Positions 9,247 to 19,233 of a stretch of DNA of 64,000 nt are shown in pieces. Under the pieces are notes generated by a model. It ran no database searches. It saw only the letters and a list, made by a program, of their open reading frames with translations, and had not been told where the DNA came from. Positions within the stretch are counted from its first letter, which is position 1; every line of letters begins with the position of its first letter. The translations under genes were made by a program, and so were the position numbers. The DNA is from Victivallaceae bacterium (lineage in GTDB: Bacteria > Verrucomicrobiota > Lentisphaeria > Victivallales > Victivallaceae). Where the stretch lies: positions 1,469 through 65,468 of the forward strand of contig JAZSGI010000203.1 of the NCBI GenBank assembly GCA_045532655.1, in the 5' to 3' direction.

Positions 9247-9491
9247 GATTCTTACTCCTCTTCTCTTGTGTTTCTGTCTGCCGCCGGTTAAAATACCTGT
9301 TCAGACATTTTTTCTCCATCTCCACAGCTAAAATACACCCCGCTTACAGATTTGTCAAGTGAGGTGATTTCAAAAATCTTCAAAATTGTTAAAGCTCCTC
9401 CGCTTCGATCTGCAAAGGGAGCTTTCGGGGGGATCGATCATTATAAAACCGGAAAGACAGGGAAAAAACGTTAAAATATGTTCAAATCGTG

Positions 9492-9520
9492 TTGCTAAAA
9501 CCTTTGAATAGTGCTATATT
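9492..9520 (+). promoter_or_regulatory. Sigma-70-like promoter candidate for the htrA operon
   Basis: TTGCTA (9492-9497), a 17-nt spacer, then TATATT (9515-9520), about 28 nt upstream of the ATG at 9549. AGGAG lies upstream of that start. Confidence 0.35.
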
Positions 9521-9548
9521 GCTTTACAACAGAAAAACAGGAGAAAAG

Positions 9549-10898
9549 ATGAGAATATTTTTATTTTTTGCAGTATTGTGTGCATTTACTGCTGCCGGGG
9601 CCGTGCCGGAAAATGTGGCGATAGGATTTCAGGATGTGATCCAGAGTGCCAGGGAGAAAGTTTTCCCTGCCGTTGTGTATATCAGGGCCGTGCGTGAAAA
9701 CCCCGAAAGCGGCAATGACACTGCCAACGTTATTTCCGGTTCAGGCGTCGTTATTGATCCGGCAGGGGAAATTCTGACAAATCATCATGTTATTGACCGG
9801 GTGATAGATATCCGCTGTTTGCTGGAGGATGGGCGTTCATGGCCCGCCGAAATCATCGGCGGCGACAAGGAACTGGATATCGCCTTGATCAGACTTGTAA
9901 GGGACGGGGATGACCATGACCCGCTGCCCACAGCGCAACTGGATGAAATAACCGGCCAGAGCGAAGGAGATTTTGTTATGGCAATGGGAGCCCCCTGGGG
10001 AATGAACCGTTCGGTTTCCATTGGTATTATTTCCTGTGCCAGCCGTTATCTCGCTGAGCAGAGTCAGTACAGTCTGTGGTATCAGACCGATGCTGTTATA
10101 TTCCCCGGCAACTCCGGTGGACCGCTGGTGAATATTTCCGGCAATGTGGTGGGTATAAATACCCTGGGCGGAGATTCCGGTATCGGGTTCGCTGTCCCGG
10201 CTTCCACCATAACGGATGTTTTGCCGCGTTTGCGGGAATACGGTGCGGTGAATTGGAGCTGGTACGGTATCAATTACCAGCCGTTGCGTGATTTTAACCG
10301 CAATATGTATTTCCCGTATGAAAACGGAGTGATGGTTGCAAGTACGGAAGCCAACAGTCCGGGCAGGGAGGCCGGATTCGTGCCGGGGGACAGGATCGTG
10401 GCGGTGAACGGCGAAGCCGTGACTGTGGCGACGGAGGAGGAGCTGCCGGATTTCAGGCGCAAACTTGCCCTTATGCCGTTGGATGTGGCTGTAAGTTTCT
10501 CTGTTGTCAGGGGCGGAGAAACTCTGGAGCTGGAAGTCGTCCCAAAAGAGCGCGGCGCTGTGGGACAGAGCAATATAACTGTTTTCAAACGCTGGGGATT
10601 GTCTGCTGCTGCCATCAACCGTTTTGATACGCCGAATCTCTTCTTTTACCGGCAGACAGGTGTTTATATTGCTGCTGTTGCCACTCCCGGCAATGCTGAT
10701 GGCGCCGGTTTGGTTTCGGGGGATATCATAGTATCTGTAAACGGCATGGAGATAAATTCTGTGGAAGATTTGCAGCAGGCTTATGATGAAGCTGTAAAGT
10801 TGGTGTTTATCAGCCCGAAAGCTGATGTGGTGATATTGCGGAACGGGCAGGAACTCCGCAAAATAATGGATTTTTCAAAGGTTTTTGATCAGGAGTGA
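9549..10898 (+). CDS. htrA: HtrA/DegP family serine protease with PDZ domains
   Basis: Signal peptide MRIFLFFAVLCAFTAAGA. Catalytic triad context TNHHVI, DIALIRL and GNSGGPLVN. Two PDZ-like segments (GVMVASTEANSPGREAGFVPGDRIVAVNG; GVYIAAVATPGNADGAGLVSGDIIVSVNG). The longest ORF starts at 9489. Confidence 0.85.
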   Translation: MRIFLFFAVLCAFTAAGAVPENVAIGFQDVIQSAREKVFPAVVYIRAVRENPESGNDTANVISGSGVVIDPAGEILTNHHVIDRVIDIRCLLEDGRSWPAEIIGGDKELDIALIRLVRDGDDHDPLPTAQLDEITGQSEGDFVMAMGAPWGMNRSVSIGIISCASRYLAEQSQYSLWYQTDAVIFPGNSGGPLVNISGNVVGINTLGGDSGIGFAVPASTITDVLPRLREYGAVNWSWYGINYQPLRDFNRNMYFPYENGVMVASTEANSPGREAGFVPGDRIVAVNGEAVTVATEEELPDFRRKLALMPLDVAVSFSVVRGGETLELEVVPKERGAVGQSNITVFKRWGLSAAAINRFDTPNLFFYRQTGVYIAAVATPGNADGAGLVSGDIIVSVNGMEINSVEDLQQAYDEAVKLVFISPKADVVILRNGQELRKIMDFSKVFDQE

Positions 10899-10903
10899 AA
10901 ATT

Positions 10904-13084
10904 ATGAAGAATTTTTTTCTGACCGCAGTTATTAGTGCGCTTTGTTGCGGGTTTTTTGCCGGATGTGTTGCCGGCAGGGGGCAGCATCCCCATACAACAC
11001 TGTTTGATACTGTTGACGGACGGCTGCGGCCGGGGATAGTAAAGGTCAGGATAACGCCGGAAGCTGCTCCTGACGGCAGAAAAAGTACGGCAATCTTGAG
11101 TTTTGATTGTCCCAACTGCAAATCAAGACACAATACTTATATCGATACTCTCATTGAAAACTGCCGTTATCTGGAACTGCCGGGATATGTAATGGAAAAC
11201 GGTGATATCATTACTGTTGATCCCGGGTTCTGCAGTGAACAGAAGATGCATCTTGAGGTTGTCGGGGCGTCGGGAGAAGCGGTTCCGGTATCAGTAGCAG
11301 CATATTTCCCGGACCGGAAAGCTGTTGCATTGCGTACTGCTGACGGTGGCATCCCTGCAGGAAGTGAACCCCTGGTATTTAAAAAGCCTTTGCCGGAAAC
11401 ATCACTCTTTGATTATTATTATGTCAGTGAAGAAGGTATATGGGTATCTGGTATTTCGCCGCACAATCCCGGCAGGTATTCCAAAGTTCCCGCCGGGGCC
11501 GTGACCACTGCTGATTTCACTTCCCCCCAGAGTATAGTTACTGATCCTGCCGGCAATCCGGTGACTGTTATCCTGAGCAGCGAATGTGATATTGCTGATG
11601 AGTATCTTATGACTGCGCCGGAATCATGGCTGCGTATTTCTGCAGAAGAGATGAAAGCCGGTGAGGAAAAGATCAGGCAAACTGTCAGGTCAGGAATTTT
11701 CCCTGTTCACTTTACTTTCCGGCCTGTGGATCTGCGGCAGGAAAGGATCGACGGCAACGCTGATCCCACACTGGATAAAAATCACGAGGATGCTGTTGGC
11801 ATTCTGATGCCCGATGGTACTGTCATGGTAACCTCGGAACAGTCGCCGGATATGACTGCTCGTATAACATCGGTAACAATAGATACGCCGGAAAAAAGTA
11901 TTGAAGGGGAATTTGTCCGGGCTCTTGAAGATTACAATATAATATTTATCCGTCCCCTTGAAAAGATCGCAGATACCGGAACTCTTGTTTATGCCGACAA
12001 TATTATTGCCTTGTACAGTAAAAAGGTTTGGGGCGTATCGGTTGAAAATTACGGTGATGAGTATGATGTTGAGCTGCACAGAGGCATAATTGAAGGCGTT
12101 ATGAACGGATATAATAATGTCCCTGCAGCAATAATTTCCGGTAAAGAAGACAATGATTATATTTTTACAGACGATGGCGAACTTGTGGCATTGAATGTTT
12201 CAGTGCGGCAGCCGGTGATGAACGGCAGAGTTGCCCACTCTGTTTCTGCCGTCGGCAGTGTCCCCGCTGCGGCTCTCATGCTTGCCGCAGACAGCAGGGT
12301 CATAATGCCGAAAACTCCCGGAGAACGTTTGAATTTTGACTGGCTCGGTATTGAGACCCGTTTGGTGAATGAAGATCTTGCTGCCGCTTATTCGGCTTCC
12401 GCATTTACCGGCAACGGTTCCCACGGGATCGTGATATCCAAGGTTTATCCGGCAACTCCGGCGGAGACCGCCGGTCTGGTTCCGGGTGATATTATTTTAA
12501 GTATCAGGGATCACCGCAACAGATTGTTTATCATGGATCATTCGATTTTTGATGTGCCTGACTGGGAAGGAAACTTTATGTGGGATGATTATGATTCCAT
12601 TCCGGAAAATCAGTATGACAGTATTCCCACTCCGTGGGTGAATCAGCGTACCCCATTGAATTTACTGCTTACCCAGTTGGGACCGGAGGCGGAGGTGACT
12701 GTTAATTATGCCAGAGATGGGGAACTTTGTTCAACTGCAGTACAGGCGGAAGCTGCGCCCCCATGCTTTGAAAACGCTCCCCGTACAGTTATATCTGCTC
12801 TGGGATTGACGGTGCTTGATCCTACTGTGGAAGTCCGGGACTATTTCCGGCTTGCTGCCGATGAACCCGGTGTGCTTATTGCCCGTGTACGTTCCGGTTC
12901 AAAGGCAAGTGTTGCCGGATTGATGCCTTACGAGATCATTACGGCTGTCAACGACAAAGCTGTTACCGGTGCCGCAGGTTTTGCCGCCGCTCTTGAAGAA
13001 CTCGGCAGGGAAAAGAGCGAAGTCGTACTTACTGTACGCCGTCTCGGTGTGTCAAGACTTGTTACCATGCGTACCGGCAGATGA
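10904..13084 (+). CDS. HtrA-like pseudoprotease lipoprotein with two C-terminal PDZ domains
   Basis: Signal peptide plus lipobox (MKNFFLTAVISALCCGFFAGC), with AGGAG 8 nt upstream. The central region aligns by eye to the neighbouring HtrA, but TNHHV is replaced by TSEQS and GNSGGPLVN by GKEDNDYIF. PDZ-like segments: GIVISKVYPATPAETAGLVPGDIILSI and GVLIARVRSGSKASVAGLMPYEIITAVNDKAV. The longest ORF starts at GTG 10895, overlapping the htrA stop. Confidence 0.6.
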   Translation: MKNFFLTAVISALCCGFFAGCVAGRGQHPHTTLFDTVDGRLRPGIVKVRITPEAAPDGRKSTAILSFDCPNCKSRHNTYIDTLIENCRYLELPGYVMENGDIITVDPGFCSEQKMHLEVVGASGEAVPVSVAAYFPDRKAVALRTADGGIPAGSEPLVFKKPLPETSLFDYYYVSEEGIWVSGISPHNPGRYSKVPAGAVTTADFTSPQSIVTDPAGNPVTVILSSECDIADEYLMTAPESWLRISAEEMKAGEEKIRQTVRSGIFPVHFTFRPVDLRQERIDGNADPTLDKNHEDAVGILMPDGTVMVTSEQSPDMTARITSVTIDTPEKSIEGEFVRALEDYNIIFIRPLEKIADTGTLVYADNIIALYSKKVWGVSVENYGDEYDVELHRGIIEGVMNGYNNVPAAIISGKEDNDYIFTDDGELVALNVSVRQPVMNGRVAHSVSAVGSVPAAALMLAADSRVIMPKTPGERLNFDWLGIETRLVNEDLAAAYSASAFTGNGSHGIVISKVYPATPAETAGLVPGDIILSIRDHRNRLFIMDHSIFDVPDWEGNFMWDDYDSIPENQYDSIPTPWVNQRTPLNLLLTQLGPEAEVTVNYARDGELCSTAVQAEAAPPCFENAPRTVISALGLTVLDPTVEVRDYFRLAADEPGVLIARVRSGSKASVAGLMPYEIITAVNDKAVTGAAGFAAALEELGREKSEVVLTVRRLGVSRLVTMRTGR

Positions 13085-14616
13085 AAAAGGCAAAAGTATT
13101 CTTCAACGCCCGTATCTGTGACGGTACAGGCGTTGCGGAAATATACAGGGGCTATGTTGTTATCGGTGGCGATGGACGGATAGCTGATACCGGACGCGGA
13201 GAGCCTCCGGGCATATACAGAAATTATGAAACTGTGGATGTCGGCGGTTTGCTGTTGACACCCGGTTTTATCGATGTTCACAGTCATTCAGATTTATCAG
13301 TGTTCCCGGCCGGGGGGTATAATACCAAAAGTGCCTGCGGCGTAACTGCTGAAATTGTCGGGAACTGCGGTTTGAGTGCCTTTCCTGTTACCCCGTACAA
13401 CCGTGAACACCTGCAGGAATTGTGGTCGGGGTATGGAGTGGAGATAAGCTGGCGGGATTACAACGGATACATTGCGGCACTGCAGGAAGCGGGTGTCAGG
13501 CAGCATATATTTTCGCTGTTGGGGCACAATACTCTCCGTGCCGCAGTTGCCGGGTATGAAGCAAAAGAACTTACTGCGGACGAAAAAAATACAATGGATA
13601 TTCTGGCGCAAACGGCTTTCCGGCAGGGCGTTTGCGGTTTTTCCACCGGGTTGCTGTATGTTCCGGGGTGTTTTGCGGAAAAGGAAGAAATTTCCGCTTT
13701 GCTTGCCGGACTTGCTGAATTTGATCCTGTGTATGTCACACATTTGCGCAGTGAAGGAAACAGATTGTGCGAAGCATTGACAGAAGCTGTTGATATCTGC
13801 CGGGCAGGGAACTGGCGGCGGCTGCACATAAGTCACTTCAAAACTGCAGGAGTGGACAATTACGGAAAACTTGACAGTGCATTGGATATTCTTTATGATT
13901 CCGGACTGGATTTTTCCTGCGATACATATTGTTACGACGAAAGTCTGACTCAGTTGAGTGTAATATTGCCCGGAGAATGGGAAAGCATGCCAGACAGTGC
14001 AATAACCCGCCGTCTGCAGGATTCATCTGCAGCGGCACAACTGCGCAGTGACCTGAAAACAGTGCTTACCCCGGCGAAGGTTGCCTCGATACGCATTGCC
14101 CAGACTCCGGATGGTATGGAATTCATGGGGTGGAACGGCAGAAAACTTGATGATATCTGCCGGGGTTCCGGTATGAACCCGGCAGATGTTGTTCTGGCTT
14201 TGCTCAAAACGGATTCTGACGGTACTCTTGCTGCATTCAGCTCCATAAGCCGGGAGAATATGGAAAGAATCGCTGCACTGCCTTTTTGTATGCCGGCAAG
14301 TGACGAAAATGCTCGCGCTTTTGATGGTTCCTGCGGTTACGGACACCCGCGTGGTGCAGGCAATCCGGCTGAATTTCTGGCATTGATGCAGAAACACGGA
14401 GTGCCGCTGCATAAAGCTGTATGGAAACTTACCGGGCTTGCCGCAAGAAACTTCCGGCTGCCAGGGATCGGAACTCTGGCAAAAGGCAATTCCGCCGACA
14501 TCCTTTTGTGGGATCCTGATAAATTTCGCAGCAAGGCTGATTTTACTGCACCCCTTTCTCCGCCGGAGGGGATGGAGGCAGTGTATTGTCAGGGCGAACT
14601 TGTGGGCGGCAGGTAA
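13081..14616 (+). CDS. N-acyl-D-amino-acid deacylase (D-aminoacylase) family amidohydrolase
   Basis: 511 aa. Metal-binding motif PGFIDVHSHSD, plus YVTHLRSEG and the overall D-aminoacylase layout. Its ATG overlaps the upstream stop (ATGA). Confidence 0.75.
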   Translation: MKKAKVFFNARICDGTGVAEIYRGYVVIGGDGRIADTGRGEPPGIYRNYETVDVGGLLLTPGFIDVHSHSDLSVFPAGGYNTKSACGVTAEIVGNCGLSAFPVTPYNREHLQELWSGYGVEISWRDYNGYIAALQEAGVRQHIFSLLGHNTLRAAVAGYEAKELTADEKNTMDILAQTAFRQGVCGFSTGLLYVPGCFAEKEEISALLAGLAEFDPVYVTHLRSEGNRLCEALTEAVDICRAGNWRRLHISHFKTAGVDNYGKLDSALDILYDSGLDFSCDTYCYDESLTQLSVILPGEWESMPDSAITRRLQDSSAAAQLRSDLKTVLTPAKVASIRIAQTPDGMEFMGWNGRKLDDICRGSGMNPADVVLALLKTDSDGTLAAFSSISRENMERIAALPFCMPASDENARAFDGSCGYGHPRGAGNPAEFLALMQKHGVPLHKAVWKLTGLAARNFRLPGIGTLAKGNSADILLWDPDKFRSKADFTAPLSPPEGMEAVYCQGELVGGR

Positions 14617-14619
14617 GAT

Positions 14620-15390
14620 TTACAGTTCCCAGGGGATGAGATCCCGCACCTGTTTGAAGGATGTTATCAAAGGTTGCGTATATGCCGGATCAGCGTAAGA
14701 AGTTACTCCGAATGTTACAGCCAAACCCAACTTGGTGCCGATAAAACGGTGCAGTTTGCTGAATTTGCCATTACTGAGGTGGATAAAGGGTTTCGGGAAA
14801 TTCTCTGCCAGATAAATATCTGCCTTTATTGCTTCGAGAAAGCCCGCTTCCGTATCCGTGCAGGTGACGATCTTGCAAATATCCGCTCCACGCTCCGCCT
14901 GTATTCCCAATGCTTTGATTATTTCCGGTGCCGTCATAGGCGGCAGGTTGTGCATGTGGCTGGAAATAAGAACCTTCGCATTACGCAGATGAATATTGTC
15001 AATAAGTTCCTGCTGTTTTTTCACTGCTGCCATGTCAAGGGTCAGTTCATTGGCGCAAGGTGCGTAAAGATCACCCATTACATCGATGACTTCCGCCCCT
15101 GCTTCTGCCGCTGTAAGCAATGACTCCTGCCGTTTGGCATCGTCATTGCCATACCATTGACAGGAACGGTAACAGAGAAACATAAATGGCAGGGGGGCGG
15201 CGGCAATAAGTGCGGAAAAGACCTCTTTTGTCCGGTATTCCGGGGGCAGTTTATTCAAATCGACAGCAATGCCTTCAGCTCCTGCGGCAGCTGCGGTGTG
15301 TATTTTGGCGGTAATTTCTTCCGGAGAAGCTCCATTGAAAAGTGCAGTAACTACAGTTGAATTACGGTTGAAAAAGGTTTTTACTGCCAT
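14620..15390 (-). CDS. Type I 3-dehydroquinate dehydratase-like protein
   Basis: VLISSHMHNLPPMTAPEIIKALGIQAERGADICKIVTCTDT parallels the AroD segment S-x-H-D-F-x-x-TP...GADI-x-KIA, so the candidate His and Schiff-base Lys are retained. HLSNGKFSKLHRFIG resembles the SMG-x-x-G-x-x-SR motif. Start at the ATG at 15390, with GAGGAG upstream. The longest ORF starts at GTG 15405. Confidence 0.5.
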   Translation of the reverse strand: MAVKTFFNRNSTVVTALFNGASPEEITAKIHTAAAAGAEGIAVDLNKLPPEYRTKEVFSALIAAAPLPFMFLCYRSCQWYGNDDAKRQESLLTAAEAGAEVIDVMGDLYAPCANELTLDMAAVKKQQELIDNIHLRNAKVLISSHMHNLPPMTAPEIIKALGIQAERGADICKIVTCTDTEAGFLEAIKADIYLAENFPKPFIHLSNGKFSKLHRFIGTKLGLAVTFGVTSYADPAYTQPLITSFKQVRDLIPWEL

Positions 15391-15394
15391 TTTT

Positions 15395-16360
15395 TTACTC
15401 CTCACAAACTGTCATTACTACTTTGCCGGTATTTTCTGCCCTGCGCAACACACCGTGGGCCTTTTCCACTTCACGGATAGGGAAAACTGCATGGATATTG
15501 GTAAGCAGTTTGCCGCTGCTGAAAAGCGGCCATAATTCTTTGTGCAATGCCTGCAGAATTGCGGTTTTTTCTGCAGATGTCCTGCTGCGCAGGGTACTGC
15601 CGATAAGCCTGATACGTTTGCGCCACACGGTTTCCAGATTTATCACTGTTTCGGCACCTGCCATGGTTGCGATCATGATCCAGCGGCCGCCGAATACCAT
15701 GTTTTTGAAACATTCCCCCATAAGTTTGCCGCCTATGCAGTCCAGAGCCACTGCGGGAGGATTTGCCTCCAGTACCGGCCGGATATCTTCAGTGCGGTAA
15801 TCAAGGACAAAGTCAGCTCCCAGCTTGCGGACAAATTCCGCTTTTGCCGGGGAATCCACCGTTGTCACCACCTTTGCCCCGGCAAGTTTGGCAAACTGTA
15901 TCGCCGCCAACCCCACACCGCTTGCTCCTGCCTGCATATAAAAGACTTCTCCGGGTTTAATACCGCCTGCCTCCAGCTGCAGATTCAGGTATACAGTTGC
16001 CCACACCTCCGGCAGAGAAGCCGCTTCTGTCATGGAAAGACCTTCCGGTATGGGGATCACCATTCCCGCCGGTGCGGTTACAAGTTCTGAATAACCGCCG
16101 CCGCCGAGGAGGGCGCAGACCTTGTCGCCGGGTTTGACGTGACAGCAGGAGGGGGCTTCCTGTACTATACCGGAAACTTCAAGTCCGCACGACTGGGGCC
16201 AGTCAGGGGGGGAGGCATAGCAGCCGTCTTTCTGCATCAGATCAGCACGGTTGATGCTGGCTGCACAAACTTTTATAAGTACTTCATCTTCTTTCCGTAC
16301 CGGGTCAGGCATTTCCTGCCATTTGAATTCAAGATTTTCGTCAAGTATCATTGCATACAT
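15395..16360 (-). CDS. NAD(P)H:quinone oxidoreductase-like medium-chain dehydrogenase/reductase
   Basis: 321 aa. INRADLMQKDGCYASPP, GLEVSGIV and AGASGVGLAAIQFAKLAGA are typical of the Qor/PIG3 subgroup without zinc ligands. Confidence 0.8.
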   Translation of the reverse strand: MYAMILDENLEFKWQEMPDPVRKEDEVLIKVCAASINRADLMQKDGCYASPPDWPQSCGLEVSGIVQEAPSCCHVKPGDKVCALLGGGGYSELVTAPAGMVIPIPEGLSMTEAASLPEVWATVYLNLQLEAGGIKPGEVFYMQAGASGVGLAAIQFAKLAGAKVVTTVDSPAKAEFVRKLGADFVLDYRTEDIRPVLEANPPAVALDCIGGKLMGECFKNMVFGGRWIMIATMAGAETVINLETVWRKRIRLIGSTLRSRTSAEKTAILQALHKELWPLFSSGKLLTNIHAVFPIREVEKAHGVLRRAENTGKVVMTVCEE

Positions 16361-17025
16361 AATATACCTCTGTATTGATTTATATCCGGTTCATGACCGG
16401 GGATTATTTTCACGCCCTCTGCGGCGTATTTGCTGAATACTGCACTGTGCGGGTTCATCCCGTCAAGTGCGGCTTGTGTATAGGCGGCATCGGCAGTCAG
16501 GAGAAACCTTCCTTTCCCGGTATTTATCAGCAGCGATTGATGTCCCGGCGTGTGTCCGGGTGTAAAGATAAGCTGTACGGAGCCGTCATTGTAAAGATCA
16601 CAGCTGCCATTTACCTGTATACATCTTTCTGCCGGGAAATCCGGATCATGACAACATTCGAGTTCCTGCTGCTGAATAATGATGCGGGCAGAGGGAAAGT
16701 CCTGTATTCCGGCGGCATGGTCACTGTGGAGATGGGAAAGGATTATATATTTGACACTTTCAGGAGTGATGGAGAAGTGTTTCAGGATATTTACAGCTTT
16801 TTCCTCTTCACTCATCATGGTGATGAAAGGTTCATCCGCACCTTGAACGCACGCAGAAGGTGTCTGCCCCGAATCAAAAAGTACCACTTCGTCCCGGTGT
16901 TTTATCAGATAAAACGGTACCGGTACAATGATACGCTCTGCTGCAGAAGCACCCTGTACCAGCAAATCCTTCCGGGCATTGATAAAGCCGGAAAAGAAAC
17001 ACTCAAATTCCTTTACTGCTGCCAT
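16348..17025 (-). CDS. MBL-fold metallo-hydrolase (lactonase-like)
   Basis: 225 aa. H-x-H-x-DH motif SHLHSDHAAG, and a later TPGHTPGH. The size and layout resemble AHL-lactonase-type enzymes. It overlaps both neighbours by 13 nt. Confidence 0.7.
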   Translation of the reverse strand: MAAVKEFECFFSGFINARKDLLVQGASAAERIIVPVPFYLIKHRDEVVLFDSGQTPSACVQGADEPFITMMSEEEKAVNILKHFSITPESVKYIILSHLHSDHAAGIQDFPSARIIIQQQELECCHDPDFPAERCIQVNGSCDLYNDGSVQLIFTPGHTPGHQSLLINTGKGRFLLTADAAYTQAALDGMNPHSAVFSKYAAEGVKIIPGHEPDINQYRGILCMQ

Positions 17026-18038
17026 TCTGTATATCCTGATGCAGCCAGAATGACCCTGTGGGTGAGCAGGTCATGATCTGCGGTATAAACTGTTTCTGTT
17101 TCTTCGCCCTTGATCATTGCTGCAAACTTCAGCAGCTGTTCCCTGTACCGGTCAAATACCGGCGGGAAGGAGATGGTATGTTCTCCGGCAGGGAAATTCC
17201 CGGCAGGTTTTGTCAGCAGTAATTTGATTTTATTTCCTTGCCCGTCGAAACGTTCCAGTGGAGAAAAGGTTATTGCTCCTGTTATCCCGGTGATTTTCAT
17301 ACTGCGTGTGGCGATACAACCGGGTGTTTTGCCGCAAACATTGATTTTGGCAAAAGCGTCGGGATATTCCAACAGGGCAAAACAATTGTTACGGCTCTCC
17401 GGAGGGTCGCCGGGGACAGAACGGAGGAATGAGCTGATTTTGTCCGGATTCCCCATGGCTGCGACAATGAAATCCAGCAAATGACAGCCGAGATTATACA
17501 TGATCCCTCCGGCAAATCTGCTTATATATTCCCGGTATGGTTCACCTCCGTAACAGTGGTTCATATCGCACTCAATGGATATGACTTCTCCGATGATTTT
17601 CTCTTTTATTGCCTGCAGGGAGAATTGGAAAGCCGGATTACCCCGGAACATGTAAGCTATTTGAAAAGGTATGTTTCTCTGTTGGCAGAGGTTGCGCAAC
17701 TCTGTGAAAAGCTCCATGTTTTCTCCCGCAGGTTTATCCATGTGTACCGCGATACCTTTGCGGGCAAAGGTGAGTGATGCTGCCACAAGTTCGTTGTTTG
17801 GAGTTTCCACATTTACTGCCTGCAGATCCGGCATGTCAAGAACTTCCTGCAGGGTAAGTTCCGGCAAGCCGTTGTATATGGGCTGGAGAGTATTGACAAC
17901 ATGCGGGGTGGAGGCATTTTGCAAATCATTTACATAGCCGGCAACTTCAAAGACATCATCCATGCCCAGCAATGTTGTCATTTTGCCTTCGGCATGTTCG
18001 TGGGTCACTCCTATTTGTACGATTTTGATTTTTTGCAT
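17013..18038 (-). CDS. Gfo/Idh/MocA family oxidoreductase
   Basis: N-terminal Rossmann start MQKIKIVQIGVTHEHA, then EKPAG-like MDKPAGEN. Start at the ATG at 18038, preceded by AGGGG. The longest ORF reaches 18059. Confidence 0.8.
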   Translation of the reverse strand: MQKIKIVQIGVTHEHAEGKMTTLLGMDDVFEVAGYVNDLQNASTPHVVNTLQPIYNGLPELTLQEVLDMPDLQAVNVETPNNELVAASLTFARKGIAVHMDKPAGENMELFTELRNLCQQRNIPFQIAYMFRGNPAFQFSLQAIKEKIIGEVISIECDMNHCYGGEPYREYISRFAGGIMYNLGCHLLDFIVAAMGNPDKISSFLRSVPGDPPESRNNCFALLEYPDAFAKINVCGKTPGCIATRSMKITGITGAITFSPLERFDGQGNKIKLLLTKPAGNFPAGEHTISFPPVFDRYREQLLKFAAMIKGEETETVYTADHDLLTHRVILAASGYTEWQQ

Positions 18039-18055
18039 ATTACAGCCCCTGTTGT

Positions 18056-19075
18056 TCATTTGTCAATATCACGCCAGTCAAAAAGATTACCGAGGGGCGG
18101 ATCTTTCAGGGTGGAAAGCTCATGAAATACCTGTTGGCAATCCCGGGGCGAGACCACTTGGGTTATCACCGGAGCAACTTGCAGTCTGCCTGACTGCACC
18201 AACTTGAAAAAGGTTGCATAATCATCTTTTTCGCTCCAACCTGTTGCGGTTCTGTCGACGTTGGGACGGGCAAAGGTATGACAACCAAGTAACTGTATGC
18301 CGCGCCGGTGAACATATTTATAAAAATCTATAGTCTGATCTGATGTCCTTGTACAGCCCAGTAGTGCTATTCTGCCGCCGAAAGCAACACATTCCAGAGC
18401 TTGCTGCAGGGCATTGATATAACCTGTTACCTCAACCACGCACTCAACACCATTTCCCCCCGTGACCTCAAGTACCTTGTTGATGTAATCAGTGTCGGCA
18501 GGATCAAAAGCATGATCTGCCCCCAGTTTCAGGGCAAGCTCCCTGCGGTAGGGGGAATGGTCACTTACTATAACCGGATAAGCTCCGGCGATCCGTGCCA
18601 GCTGACCGGCAAATATTCCCAGTAATCCCTGACCGGCTATGAGACATGCCTCGCCCAACTGGATATTCAGTTTTCTTATTGCCAGGAGGGGGAAGCAGCA
18701 GAGGTGTGCCGCAGCTGCATCCTGCATACTGATACCGTCGGGGATTGGCATGATATTATGTCTTGCATCGAATAGCATGCGTGAACAGTGCCCCTGCCAT
18801 GCTGTTATTACTTTGTCTCCGGGTTTTAAATTTTTTACTTCGCTGCCGGTGTCAAGAACTGTGCCTGAAGCAGAGTACCCCATTCTTATGGGGAAATTAT
18901 TTCCTGCAGTTCCTGTATTGGGCAAACCCCGGTAATTTGCAAGTTCTGTGCCGGTACTGATAAGGTCGTACTCCGTTTTTACAAGAACCTCAAAGGGGTT
19001 GAGATTTCGTTCTATGTTTTCTGTACACAGTTCAGCCTTTTCTTTTGCGGTGAATAAAACTGTTGAAATTTGCAT
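18056..19075 (-). CDS. Zinc-type alcohol/polyol dehydrogenase (MDR family)
   Basis: 339 aa. GTELANYRG, GYSASGTV and the nucleotide-binding AGQGLLGIFAGQLARIAGA are typical of the sorbitol/threonine dehydrogenase-like subgroup. Confidence 0.8.
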   Translation of the reverse strand: MQISTVLFTAKEKAELCTENIERNLNPFEVLVKTEYDLISTGTELANYRGLPNTGTAGNNFPIRMGYSASGTVLDTGSEVKNLKPGDKVITAWQGHCSRMLFDARHNIMPIPDGISMQDAAAAHLCCFPLLAIRKLNIQLGEACLIAGQGLLGIFAGQLARIAGAYPVIVSDHSPYRRELALKLGADHAFDPADTDYINKVLEVTGGNGVECVVEVTGYINALQQALECVAFGGRIALLGCTRTSDQTIDFYKYVHRRGIQLLGCHTFARPNVDRTATGWSEKDDYATFFKLVQSGRLQVAPVITQVVSPRDCQQVFHELSTLKDPPLGNLFDWRDIDK

Positions 19076-19233
19076 GGCATGACTCCTTTGGTTTCTGGCT
19101 TACTATACTTCGGAAAAAACGATAAACAAGGGAGGAAAATTTTTTTTGCAGAAAAATTTCATGCAACAATTGATTTGATTTCGTAAAAATTTGTGATATA
19201 TTGAAACATTATCAGAAAATGGAGAAACAGTTT

